The notes beneath the pieces are model-generated. The model saw only the letters and a program-made list of their open reading frames with translations, was not told the origin of the DNA and searched no databases. DNA of 64,000 bases from the human T2T-CHM13v2.0 reference genome, Homo sapiens, in assembly GCF_009914755.1 (NCBI RefSeq), contig NC_060929.1. One strand, 5' to 3'. Below, in pieces: positions 28,997 to 43,915 of the stretch. Each line of letters opens with the position of its first letter. Positions within the stretch are counted from its first letter, which is position 1. The translations under genes and the position numbers were made by a program.

Positions 28997-29784
28997 CTGT
29001 AAGGAAGGAAAAAAGAAAACACTTTCATCACATAAATATCAGATTGAGAAGAAACATCCTATCAGTGAGACTAAAACCATGTCCAATGCTTACATGCTAC
29101 TCAGCCTAGCTTGTAGCTTCCACCCAGAGCTCTGGTTTGGAGCTGATTTATATTCTGCTCTTGCTGAGTTTTGATTCTAGAATCAGTGATTTGCCTTCAG
29201 TGGCCACATGAGTCACAACCCATATAAAACTTAGGATCAGGAGGAGGGACAGACCTCTGGCTTGTGAGCTTTAAAATTATATGCAGTTTCCTGGGCTGTG
29301 GGGAAGATGAGTGAGTTCATGGAAACTCACTCCATTTCATTTTCAGTTAAACATTTTCATTGTTTAATATGAATTCATTTGGATTAGACACATAGGTTAA
29401 GTACAAGGCAGGTCCTTCAGGCCCCTCCTTTGCTTAATTTTTCCCAGCAACCCATAGATTGCTACAATTAGTGACATAAATACAGCTTTACCTTTCAAGG
29501 AAATAATAATTCCCTTTCTAAAAATTCACTCTGTTTCCTTTACATAATCTTATCAGTACGTAGAATGACATTTCCAGTTTAATAGATGGAGTCAAGCACA
29601 GAGATGGGTAGAAAGGGGAGTTACCAAACAGTATACCTGGAGCAGGACTGGAGGACAAATACAAGGAGGAGAACAGTTTGACCAGTGCCCTCTGTCAAAT
29701 AATCTCTCATTTTCTAGACCTCCTCTCCCTGACCCCACCCCCACATACAAATAAGCAAATAAAACAAGTTAACACAATTCCTTG

Positions 29785-30003
29785 GATAATGAAAACTGAC
29801 ACCTGTTGAGTATTATGTGCCAAGCAGTCTTCTAGGTCCTAAAATATAATAGATTATTTCATCCTCACAACAACTCTATGACTTACAGGTGGGAGAAGTG
29901 AGGCACAAAGAGGTTAATAAACTTGCCCAAGGTCGCAGTCTATTAGAGGCAAGGCAGGGCTTGTGAACTTAAGCTGCAGTACTGTTCTCATAACCATGAT
30001 GCT
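29785..30003 (-). mobile_element. MIR SINE
   Basis: atcctcacaacaactctatg...gaggcacaaagaggttaataaacttgcccaaggtc core. Confidence 0.85.
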
Positions 30004-30099
30004 GTGGCCCACTGGCACCTGTATTCCACTTTAATGCTCTCTCCTTAAACTTCACAAATGTATACTGTACCAAAAGTATAGGCTTTAGCTAAGACATAA

Positions 30100-31698
<1,599 letters not shown>

Positions 31699-32141
31699 TG
31701 TATTCACATAAACTTGTATAAGAATTATCACAACAGTTTTCTTCATACTAGCCCCAACAGAAAAATGGACAATAATTTACAGTATATTAATATAAAGAAA
31801 TATTACTGAGTAGTTAAAAAAGAACTGTTGATCCACAACAATATGGAAGAACTTAAAAAATGTAAGTCAAAGAAGCCAGACAGATAGTATTTATACAATA
31901 AATACTGTGGTATATGAGCTCATTTATCAAATCAGGCAAAACTAATCTTTGGGGAAAAATCAGAATGGTGGTTGTCTCTTAGGGAGTGGGGATGGGAACT
32001 GCCTAGAAAGGAACCTTATGGACTGATGGAAGTGTGCATTATATAGGTATATGTGTTTGTCAAAAGCCTTATATACTGATTTGTGTATTTCACTCTATGT
32101 AAATTTGACTTGAATAAAACAATTCTATACAAAAAAAAAAA
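31699..32141 (+). mobile_element. Old L1ME-type 3' end fragment carried as a putative 3' transduction
   Basis: Ancient L1 3' motifs (agaagccagaca, caggcaaaactaatct, tgtgtatttcactctatgtaaattt). AATAAA at 32113-32118, A13 tail, then second TSD copy. Confidence 0.75.
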
Positions 32142-32156
32142 AAGAGCTGGCATTAG

Positions 32157-32476
32157 TACCAGTCTACAATTCTTTATCCTAAAATTCCAAAATTAAAATA
32201 TTCTAAAATCTAGAAGGGTTTTTGAAGTTTTAGACACATCTAATTTGGCAGCAAAACCTGAATGAAGACTATCTATAGCTTTATTTATCACATTAATGGC
32301 AAATATTCACATATTTTGCTATAGAAATAATTAACATATTTAATTACAGATCCTGCTCAGACCCTGCTAAAGGTACTCCATAATATATATGCATTATATT
32401 ACATTTCTAAAGAAAAACAACAGATTCTGAATTCAAAACACATTTGCCCCCAGGAGTTTCTGAATTTTGGACCTAT
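32157..32476. mobile_element. TcMar-Tigger MITE (MER46C-like)
   Basis: tttggcagcaaaacctga, aatattcacatattttgctatagaaata, tctgaattcaaaacacatttgcccc; decayed inverted termini. Confidence 0.65.
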
Positions 32477-32629
32477 GGGGTGTACTTTTTTCACCCTCAT
32501 AACTTAAAAAAGAGAGGTGGTTTAGATCAAGGCCTGGAAGATGCATTCTGACTTATACTCCAATCAAACACACAAGAAAACATGTCCAGAGAAATTTTAT
32601 AATTTAAATAGTACCATACAGTTAGTAGA

Positions 32630-33037
32630 TGTTTTAGCCAGTTTGCATTTCTATAAAGGAATACCTGGGGCTGGGTAATTTATAAAGAAAAGAGGTTTAT
32701 TTGGCTCATTGTTCTGCAGGCATGGTGCCAGCATTTGCTTTTGGTGAGGGACCCCAGGAAGCTTCCAATCACGGTGGAAGGCAAAGGGGAACAGGTATGT
32801 CACATGGTAAGAGAAGGGGGAAGAGAGACAGAGGAAGGCGAGACCAGGCTCTATTAAACAATCTGATCTCACAAGAACTAATAAAGTGAGAACTCACTCA
32901 TTATCATGGGGAGGTCACCAAGTCGTTCATGAGAGACCCACCCCAATGATCCAAACACCTCTTACTAGGCCCCAACTCTAACACTGGGATCAAATGTCAA
33001 TATGTAATTTTGGGGGGGAAATATCCAAACTATTTCA
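32630..33037 (-). mobile_element. MST (MSTB-like) MaLR solo LTR
   Basis: ctataaaggaatacctggggctgggtaatttataaagaaaagaggttt...atatccaaactatttca. Confidence 0.85.
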
Positions 33038-33470
33038 GTGGCAAAGCTGGAATTGAGGCCCAGATCTTAAAACCTTGTCCTCCAGAGTTCCTGATATAGC
33101 CCTTTGACATGGGTTTTGTGCTTTTTTGGCTTAGGTCAGAATATGGAATGGCTGCAGGTGGCTGACCAGATGCTGGGGCAGGCCATGCCAGAACTGGCTC
33201 CCAGAGCAGAAGTTCAGGCCTCTCTAACTTGGAGCTTTCCTGGGGGGAAAAGGGAAGCAGCGGGTGATAACTTCCCGTAAAAGTAGTTACCATGTGTTGC
33301 CAGTGAGCTCAAGAATTCTATTTTAATATTGAAATTCCAGCTCTCCTTTACTCCCACCCAGTTTAAACCTGTAGGAATCTGCATTTTAACAAGTGCTCTA
33401 GTGAGTCCAGGGCAGAGGCTTCTGACTACACTTTGTTCAGCACAGTCAATATTAATCAGAACTTGAATCC

Positions 33471-33572
33471 CAGGGCCCCCATGTTGCATGACTCCATGGG
33501 CAGCCATTCATATCATAGCCCTTGTGAACGGGACTCCCTGGAGTTATATGTTGCACAGCCTTTATAGCCCTA
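33471..33572. mobile_element. Palindromic hAT MITE (MER91-like)
   Basis: cagggc...actccatgggcagccattca / tgaacgggactccctggagt...gccct imperfect inverted arms. Confidence 0.55.
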
Positions 33573-35591
33573 CACTGTGTCCTGTACATCAGCAGACACA
33601 CTTCCCTTCTATGAATGCCCACTACACTGACCCAGTCCTGGGTGAGGGAATCAGCAAGGGAGGGCCAGTGAAAAAGAGAAAAGTTTATTCAGCTCGGATG
33701 TACTTTCTAGAATGTTGCAATCAGAATATGTAACAACAACAAAAAAAGCTATTTTAATATTTTGTGTTTTACAGTTAAATATCATTTTTACATTTATTTC
33801 TGGCATTTAAGCCTTTGAAAGATCTTACTCTAGCCTGCTGACATCTTTTCTTCTTCCCTTTTGTGTCTTTCCTTACTCTTTGCCACTTACCTGCCTACCA
33901 ATTTCCTGCTCAAATGAACTCCACCTTCAATCCCTCCCCTTCAAAAAAAATCATCTACTCACCACTTTCTGATCAGGCCTAACTGTCCAAAACACCCTAG
34001 TGTGACCTGGCTTCTCGTTATCCAGTCTGTTTCCTTAGCTAACTCATGGCGGAAATTCAGGCACTGGGGCAAGTGGAGCAGCATATTTAGGGTATTAGAG
34101 TATTTGTTTAGGAGTTTTAAAATCACTTTCAAAATCATACCACATATCTGCCTCATTATTCATGAATGTTGATAGAGAACATAATTTCTACTTATTGTAT
34201 AGGGATTGTTGTCAAGGTTTATTTAGGACTTGTGTTCAAAGCCCTCTCCTCCATAGAAAATGTGCCACAAAACAAAACAAAAAGAGTCTTTCTCAGAGCA
34301 AATGATAGCCCCCTCTAAGCTAGATGTGGCTCCATTACCAAATCTTGGTGCTGCATTGTGAACTATTTAGAGGGGAAAGATATAGACCATGTCAATGGAC
34401 TAGTCAGTGCTCTGGAGAGTATAAACACTCCAGAAGAACGCAAATGTCATTTTCCCTCCAATTGGCTCAGGCCTTTGAGGCCATTAGGCATAAACCATTA
34501 ACCCTTGGAGTCAAGGATTATGTCATTTGGTCTTGTAAATTATTGGCCCAGGAGTATCTTGTAGATGTCCAACAGGCAGTAAAGGAAAACATGACAGAGC
34601 TTCTGAGAACCAGCTCCCAGGGAGAAAAGCAAGGAACAGCCAGAGGAATCACGAGGTGGAGAGCAAATGAGAAGTGGCAGGAGAGTGTTTACGATGGACC
34701 AAAGTTCACCCAGGAGCCTCTGCAGCAGAGCATCAGCTAGTACACAGAGCAGAGGGAAAAGCAAGCCCAGGCTTAAGAAAATTTCTGATTAAGTCTTTTG
34801 ATCCTTTACAAAAAGAAAAACATTTCCTTCTTCATGAAAATATGTTTTCACCTGGAAGAGCAGCTTCACCAGAGACAATTTCTAATGTGAGCTACTGGCA
34901 TGTATTCTATTCTAGCTACACAGCACCAGCATTCAAGTCCCACTCAAATCCAATTCTGGTCTTAGAACAAAGAAACTGGAGCTTTTCTCTTCCTAGCTAT
35001 ATTCAATGCAAAGCAAATCATACTCTTTAAGTAGAAATGGCTTGTGTTTCTGAAGAACACACAAGTGTTGATCTCCGGTGAAGAAACTTCCTTAGCGGTA
35101 AGTTGAATCAACAGAACCTAAATTACTCTAACTTGAAGGGGAGCTATAAATGTCTCTACATATGTTAGGCCTGATTTCCATGACCAAGGACTGGCTAGAA
35201 GTCAGATTCTTGCTCACATAGTTTATATTCAAAATATATGCACGTAAAGGCAGCTGTCTTCACTGGTACACTGGACTAGTCCCTAAGTGAAGAAGAGAAC
35301 ATCCATTTATTTTTATGAAACCTTAAATTTGTTAAATTCTTAAGTGACTTATTAAACATTATTTTCATGTCTATAAATGAAAACTGCTTAAGTTTCTAGT
35401 TTTCATCCTTTCAGAATACTTGCTGTGTGAAGGATTTCCATGTAACTTCAAAATTCGAGAAATAATTGAGTGCTTTTGAACATTAACTGGCTACACTGTT
35501 GATACGTTCTATGTCACAATAATGTAAATTTCCTTACAGTATATATAGTTCAGGCTGATTGATGGGTAGTTTGTTTTCAGTGTTTACTTGG

Positions 35592-35954
35592 TGAGATGGC
35601 TTGGCTCTGTATCCCCACCCAAATCTCACCTCAAATTGTAATTCCCACCTGTCGAGGGAGGGAATGGTGGGAGGTGATTGGATCAAGGAGGCAGTTTCCC
35701 TCATGCTGTTCTTGTGACAGTGAGGGAGTTCTCATGAGATCTGATGGTTTTAAAAGCGGCAGTTTCCCTTGCACTGTCTCTTTGTCTGCCACCATGTAAG
35801 ACGTGTCTTGCTTCCCCTTCGTCTTTTGCCATGATTGTAAGCTTCCTTAGGCCTCTCCAGCCATGCAGAACTGAGTCAATTAAACCTCTTTTGTTTATAA
35901 TTTACCTAGTCTCAGGTAGTAATCTTTATAGCAGTGTGAAAATGAACTAATACA
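35592..35954 (+). mobile_element. THE1 (THE1D-like) MaLR solo LTR
   Basis: tgagatggcttggctctgtatccccacccaaatctc...gaactaataca; TSD cttgg/cttgc. Confidence 0.9.
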
Positions 35955-36034
35955 CTTGCTTGAATTGTATTTTGCTTAGATAGAATATTATACATTAAGC
36001 GTTCAAATACTTTGTGGTAGAAAGGAAAGGAGCA

Positions 36035-36367
36035 CGTATTAGTTAGCTAGAGCTGCCATAACAAAATACCACAAATTGGTGGCACAACAGAAATTTATTT
36101 CTTCACTGTTCTGGATGTTGTAATTCCAAGATCAAGGTGCCGGCAGAGTTAGTGTCTGGAGAGACCTCTCACTTTGCCTTGTAGATGACCACTTTCTCAC
36201 TGTGTCCTCACAGAGCCTTACTTCTGTACATGTACTCCTGGTATCTTCCTCTTCTCATAAGGATACCAGTCCTGTTTTATTAGGACCCTACACTTATGAC
36301 CTCATTTAACCGTAATTACCTCCTTAAAGACCCAATCTCTAAATATAGTCACATTGGGAGTTAGGGC
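36035..36367 (-). mobile_element. MLT1 (A/B-like) MaLR LTR
   Basis: gctgccataacaaaataccacaaa...ccaagatcaaggtgccggcag...atgacctcatttaac. Confidence 0.85.
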
Positions 36368-36590
36368 ACTCTGGCAACAGACAGACATTGATTTAAATCC
36401 TAGCACCCACCACTCAATAGCTGTGTGTCCCTGAAAAAGTGTATCCTCTCAATGCCTCATTATCTTTACCTGAATATCAGCATAATAATTGTATGAAGGA
36501 ACTTACAGAATTTTGTGAAGATTACATGGAATATGTAGAATGCTTAGACTCTAGTCAAGTACATAGTTCTTACTAAATGTTAGCTATTTA
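36368..36590 (+). mobile_element. MIR SINE
   Basis: aaatcctagc...tagctgtgtgtccctg...ttttgtgaagatta...aaatgttagctatt. Confidence 0.7.
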
Positions 36591-37194
36591 TGTAAAAAAT
36601 GCTCTTTAGAAAAAACCTAGAAAGGCTTCACAAAGATTTAGAGATTTTAGGAATGGTCTGAACAATAGGTACAAAGAGAGGTAAGACCCATGCAAATGTA
36701 ATTAGGGAATTTTCAGTTTCCACAACATACAGATTGAGATAATAGACACCCTTCTTCAGCTATAAATGTATAAACAGGTCAGAAAAAATATACAAAACAT
36801 TAACTACATAGTTGAATGAAAAAAAGAAAAGACAAGTCCTCAGCCAGAAACAAAAGAAGAACTTATAGCTTGAGTTGTCAGCAGTGGCTGGGACGCTCCT
36901 TACATAAGGTGGTAGAAGGAAGACAGCGTTAATGTCCAGATGGGATTAAATGGGGTCATGGGCCTGCAGATGATAGAAATCTAGAACTGAAGTCCTCCAA
37001 CCCTGGAAAGACTGCCTTTTCTTTGAAAGAATGATCAAAAGGGCTATACTCCAATCTAAAGAAATAGAGATAAACTTGCCTAAGGCTCTAGAGGAGGAGA
37101 GCTTCTATGAGAAATTACTGTTCAAAGGAATCCTGAACAACTGACACTCCTCTTGTAGCAATATTTTTACAACCCAGGCATGTTGAATCTCTCC

Positions 37195-37240
37195 ACACAC
37201 ACAAAGACACACACACACACACATACACACACAGAGAGAG
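37195..37240. repeat. (CA)n(GA)n microsatellite
   Basis: Directly visible. Confidence 0.85.
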
Positions 37241-37787
37241 ATGACTGATAAAGATGTACTCATAATGAAAAGAAATTAAACTATATGAGGATACAGTTCA
37301 CTATAAAGCACATAGCATAAGGAGACACAACATACACAAGTATTAGCATTAAAGTTTCTGAAGATAATAGTAAATTCTGAAAGAAAATATAAAATAGCTA
37401 TGTTTACAATTATTATGGTGATTTTAAAAACGAAGAGAAACTTTAAAGAAGATACTATGTACAAAGAATAGAAAGATGTGAAAAAGAACCAAATATCACT
37501 TCTATACATGAAAAGACTTTAAAACAAAGAAAAAACATTTATAGGAAGACTAAACAGCAGGCAGATTAGACAAATTGAAGAAACAATTGGTGAACTGGTG
37601 GATAAATCTGAGGATCTATCCGAGAATCTATCTGAGGATAGATTATGCAAAATGAAGCAGGGAGATAAAGATGTCAAAAATATAAAAGAATATTAAAAGA
37701 AATGAAGGAGAGACTTAAAATACTCAATATGTATGCAACAAGAGTTGTGGAAAGAATAGAATATTTGAAAATTATATATATAGAAAA

Positions 37788-38075
37788 TTTTTTGAGACAG
37801 AGTCTCACTCTGTCTCCCAGGCTGGAGTGCAGTGGAATCATCTCAGCTCGCTGCAGCCTCCACCTACCAGGTTCAAGCAATCTTCTGCCTCAGCTTCCTG
37901 AGCAGCTGTAATTACAGGCACCTGCCACCACACCCAGCTAAATTTTGTATTTTTAGTAGAGATGGGGTTTCACCATGTTTGCCAGGCTGGTCTCCAATGG
38001 CTGACCTAAAGTGATCCACCTGCCTTGGCTTCCCAAAGTGCTGGGATTATAGGCATGAGCCACCACACCTGGCCC
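37788..38075 (-). mobile_element. AluS
   Basis: Full dimer, eroded tail. Confidence 0.92.
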
Positions 38076-40784
38076 GAAAATAATATAGTTGAGAATTTTT
38101 CAAAATGGTTAAAGAGATATATCCTCAGTTTGAAGAAGCATAGGTCTTGAATAATATAAATACAAATACATTCACATTTAGACATGTCAAACAGCAAAGA
38201 ATATCTTCAAAACAACCAGAAGGAAAATATAGATTTCCTACCTTAAAAATAATTAAAATAAAAATAGATTTTCTATCAGCAATATCAAAGGCCAGAAGAT
38301 AATATAAAAATTTATTCAAAATGCTGATAAAATATAACTATCCAAAATTCTATACTTATCATTCAAGACTGGCGAGAAATGAATAAGGTTTCAAGCAAAG
38401 TTTGAAAACCATTTTCTGAAGGAACCACTAATGCATGACCTTTTTTAAGAACCAAGGAAGAAGCTGGGAACAATGATGAATTAATACATTTATAATTGTA
38501 AGTATATATAAATCAGCATTGACTGTTAATAAAAATAAGGGCTAACTTGAGAGGGTTGAAAAAAAAAGTGCAACTACTATATTAGACAACAATAATATGG
38601 AAGATGGGGATTAGTGAAGAGTTTAACTCTCAGGAGAAGGGAAGCAATATTAACTTTAGACTTTGTTAAGACAAGTATGCATTTTTTTAAATGAACAATA
38701 TTGTAAGAATGGAAAAAGACTTCTAAACTAACAGAGGGAGAAAAGACAAAATAAGAAAACCTTAATGAATCTATTTAACAGCAAGAAAGAAGAAAAAAAG
38801 CAGTGTGTGTATATATAAAATCTTGCACATTAAAATTTAAAAATAAATCAAACCACATCAGTAATTTCAACAACTAAACAGGAGTACAGACATCAGCAAA
38901 ATGGCAGCATAGGACTTTCCAGCACTCATTCCTCCAGCAAACATCAGTTTGAATAACATGTATAAAAATGCCTTCACAGAGCTGAGGAAATTAGGAGATT
39001 ACAGCACCTGGGCATAACACAGAACTAAGAAACAATGCATTGAAGAGGATAAGAAAGACAGTTACACATTACCCACATCATCCCTTCCCTAATCCAGGTA
39101 GCATAATGTGAATTGAGATACCTGGAGGAAACAGAAGGAAGTGAGCATTGGACTTTGCCTTGGACCCCAACACTGGGCCTGATCCAGTAAAATTCAGGGC
39201 TGGGCAGGTCCTCATAGCCCCAGACTTCAGGTCAGTACCCATAGACTGAGCCTCTAGGCCCCCACTACTACCAGGCTGACCCCAGTGGCTCCAGGTTCCA
39301 GACTGGCCCCAGGAATGGGCTGGACCCAGAAGCCCTAGGCCCACCACAGTGGCCCCACCCCAGGCAAACTCCAGCACCAGATCAGCCCTCGCAGACTCAG
39401 GCTCTGATGTGAACACCCCAGGGCCAGGCCATCCTCAGTGGCCCCATGTTCCAAACCACCCCCAGCACTGGGCATGACCCCATATCCCCAGGCTTCAGGC
39501 TGGCATCTGCAAACTAAGGTTTCAGGCTGACCCCTGCATAGCCAGGCCTCAGGCTGGCCCCTGTAGGCTCCAGGCCCACCCCTGCAGACTCAATCAAAAG
39601 ATCCATCCCAGTGGCTCTAGGCTCCAATCTCAACCCTACAGACGTAGGCCCCAGGACCACCCACCTGCTGACACAGGCACCTAGGTCAACCTGCCTTAAG
39701 ATTCCAGCACAAGCCCACGTGCAGACCATATCAGAAGCTCTGCCCAAAATCTCTGGACAGACTGATTGGTGAAGAGTTTTCCCAGACAAAGAGTTTTCCA
39801 GTCTGCACAGACATCAATGTATAATCAGAAGGATCAAGAACAATCGGGGAAACATGACACCACCAAAGGAACAAAATAATATACCAACAAACTGATCCTA
39901 AAGAAACAGAGATTTATAAACTGCCTGACAAAGAGTTCAAAGTAATCATCTTTAAGAAGTTCAGTGAGCTACGAGAGAATACAGATAGACAACAAAACAA
40001 AATCAGGAAGACAGACAATGAAACAAAATCAGGAAAACAATATATGAACAAAATTTGAAGTTTAACAGAGATAGAAACTATAAAAAAAATCGAAAGCTAA
40101 CAAAACACAGTAACTGACCTTGAAAATTCCATAGAGAGCTCCAATAACAGATTCAATAAAGCAGAAGAAAGAATCAGTGAGCTCAAAGATAGGACATTTG
40201 AAATTACCCAGTCAGAGAAACAAAAGGAAAAAGAAAGAAGGGGAATTAAAGAAAGCTTATAGAATTTATAGGAGAGCATCAAAAGAGCAAAGTTTCAAAT
40301 TATAGGAGTTCAAGAAGTAGAAAGACAAAGAGCCAGAAAGTTTATTTAAAAACATAATAGCAAAAAACTTTCCAAATCTGGGGAAAGACAGAAATATCTA
40401 GATACTGGAAGGTCAAAGGTTTTTAATCAGATTCAATACAAACAAAATTGTAGACTACACCAAGACATATTATAATCAAACTACCAAAAATTTAAGACAA
40501 AGACAGGATCCTGAAAGCTGCAAGAGAAAAGAAGCGTATCACATAAAAGGAGTTGCAATAAGGCTAGCAGTGGATTTCTCAGCAGAAACCTTATAGGCCA
40601 GGAGAGAGTAGATGGTATATATACAAAATGTGGGATGGGCGGGAGGAGGGAATATCCTCTCAACCAAGAATACTTTAACTGGCAAAACTAGTCTTTTAGG
40701 AAAGGAGGAGTGATAAAGACTTTCCTAGACAAACAAGAGCTGAGGGAATTCATTACCACTGGACTCATCTTACCAGAAATGCTA

Positions 40785-41223
<439 letters not shown>

Positions 41224-43203
41224 TTACATCTTTAGTATGAAGATTAAAAGACAAAAATATTAAAAATAACTATTGTTACAATAATTTGTTAAGGGATACA
41301 TAATATTAAAAGATGTAAGTTGTGACAACAAAAGAACTGAGGAGGGTTGAATAAAAGTGTAAAATGTGTTTATGCAATCAAAGTTATTATTCTCTCAAAA
41401 CAGCCAGTTGTAATTATGACATGTTTTATGTCAGCCTCGTGGTAACCAGAAAACAAAAATCTTTAGTAGAAACACAAAAGATAAAAAGGAATCAATATAT
41501 ACTATTAGTGAAACTCACCTAATCACAAAGGAAAACAGCAAGAGAGGAAGAAAGGAACAAAGGATCAACAAAACACTCAAAAAACAAGTAAGAAAATGGC
41601 AGTAATACATTCTTACATACCAATAATTACCTTAAAAGTAAATGAATTTCTTGAATTAAAATACATAGAATGGCTAAATGGATAAAAACAGGACTCAACT
41701 ACATGCTGCTTACAAAGTACTCACTTCACCTTTATGGACAAACTGAAGATGTGAAGAAATGAAAAAAAGATATTCCATGCAACTGGAACCCAAAAGAGAC
41801 CAGGGTTGGCTATACTTATATCAAATAAAATAGACTTTAAAGTAAAAAACTGTAAAATGAGACAAGGAATTTCATTATATAATAATAAAAAGGTCAATTC
41901 ATAAGACAATATACAGTTGTAAATATAAATGCACCTAACATCAGAGTACCTAACTATATAAATCAAATATTAATAGATCTGAAGAAAGAGAAAGACTATA
42001 ATACAATAATAGTGGGGGACTTTGACATCCCACTTTCAGCAATGGACTTATCATTCAGGCAGAAAATCAGTAATGAAATATCAGATGTAAACTATACCTT
42101 AGACCAAATAAAACTAATAGACACACATAGAACATTTCATATGACTGCAGCAGAATACATATTCTTCTCAAGCACACATGGAATATGCTCTAAGACAGAT
42201 CATATGTTAAGCCACAAGTCTTACAAATGAAAGAAGTTTTAAATCATGTCTAGTGTCATTTTTTTACCACAATGGTAGGAAAGTACTTATCAGTGACAGG
42301 AGAAATTTTGGGAAATTCACAAATACATAGAAATTGAGCAACATTCTCCTAAACAATGAATGGGTCAAAGAAGAAATTTAAAAAGAAATGAAAAAACATT
42401 AAGATAAATGAAAGTAGACGTAAAACATAGCAAAACTTACAGGATGCAGCAAAACCAGTTCTAAGAGGGAAGGTTATAGCAGTAAATGCCTACATCAAAA
42501 AAAACAAGTCCACATAAGCAAGCTAATGTTACACCTCAAGGAACTAGACTAACAACAAACTAAGCTCAAAGTTAGTAGAAGAAAGGAAATAATAAAGATC
42601 ACAACAGAAATAAATGAAATAGAGACTAGAAAAACAATAGAAAGATCAATGAAACTAAGGATTGGTTTTTTGAAAAGAGGACACTCACAAACTTTTAGAT
42701 GGACTAAGAATAGAAGACTCGAAGTTGTAAATGAAAAAGTAGACATTACAACTGAAGTATAAACAATCATAAGAGACTATTATGAATAATTATACACTAA
42801 CAAATTGGAAAACCTGGAAAAAACAAATTCCTAGACACATACAGGCTATCAAGGCTGAATCATGGAGAAAATCTGAACAAAGAAATAATGGCTAAGAGAA
42901 CTGAATCAATAATAAAAAGTTTCCCACCAAAGGAAAGCCCAGGACTGGATGGCTTCACTGCTGCTTTCTACAAAACATTAAAAAGAATACAAATCCTTCT
43001 CAAGCTTTTCCCAAAACTGAAGAGAAGGAAATACTCCCCAACTTATTATACAAGGCCAGCATTACCATGATATCAAAGCCAAACAAAGATACTAGAAGAA
43101 AATAAAATTACAGTCCGATTTCCCTGATTAACATAGGTGCAAAAGCCCTCAAAAATATTCTAGCAAACTGAATTCAACAGCACATTAAAAATATCATAAA
43201 CCT

Positions 43204-43426
43204 ACCAGGGGTGGTGGCTCACACCTATAATCCCAGCACTTTGTGAGGCTGAGGCGGGTGGATCACCTGAAATCAGGAGTCCAAGACCAGCCTGGCCAAC
43301 ATGGTGAAACCCCATCTCTACTAAAAATGCAAAAATTAGCTGGGCGTGGTGGCACGTGCTGTAGTCCCAGCTACTCAGGAAGCTGAGGCAAGAGAATTGC
43401 TTGAACCTGGGAGGTAGAGGCTGCAG
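43204..43426 (+). mobile_element. AluS, 3'-truncated
   Basis: Stops at gaggctgcag and joins L1 ORF2 acaaggatctccactc. Confidence 0.9.
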
Positions 43427-43649
43427 ACAAGGATCTCCACTCTTGCCACTTCTACTCCACATAGTACTGAAAAACCTAGCTTGAGCAATCAGGGAAAGGA
43501 AAGAAATAAAAAGCAACTACATCAGAAAGGAATAAATTAAACTGTTCTTGGCTTTTAGACAACATGATCTTATATATAGAAAGCCCTAAAGACTCCATCA
43601 AAAAACTGTTAAAACTAATAAATGAATCTGATAAAGTTATAGAGTACAT

Positions 43650-43915
43650 TTGAGCTAAATACACTGTGGTATCCTGACTGAATCCTAGAAATAAAAATGG
43701 GCATTCATGAAAACACTGTTCACATTTGAGTAAAGTCTATTGTTAATAGCAAAATACCAATGTTAATTTCTCAGTTTTGAAAACGGTACCATGATTACGT
43801 AAGATGTTAACATTAGGAGAAACTGAGTGAAAGGCATACAGAGACTCTTTGTACCTTCCTTGCAACTTTAATGTAAATCTAAAATAAATTATTGCAAAAT
43901 AAAAATTTTAAAAAT
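43650..43915 (+). mobile_element. L1MC/L1MD-type 3' terminus
   Basis: ccaatgttaatttc...gtaagatgttaacattaggagaaactg...tgcaactttaatgtaaatctaaaat. Confidence 0.75.

Larger units (their letters stand above)
36710..38880 (+). mobile_element. Ancient L1ME/HAL1-type 5'UTR and ORF1 remnant
   Basis: A-rich decayed ORF1 motifs (gaagaaacaattggtgaactgg, gagaatttttcaaaatgg, ttctatcagcaatatcaaaggccagaag). Confidence 0.55.

Noticed and set aside
37610-37645. Small hairpin aatctatc-tgag-gatagatt with a local duplication
   Set aside because: Short, inside a decayed L1, no supporting context.
39190-39720. GC-rich repeated units resembling a spaced array
   Set aside because: Degenerate tandem region of an L1M 5'UTR; no constant repeat with unique spacers, so not CRISPR-like.
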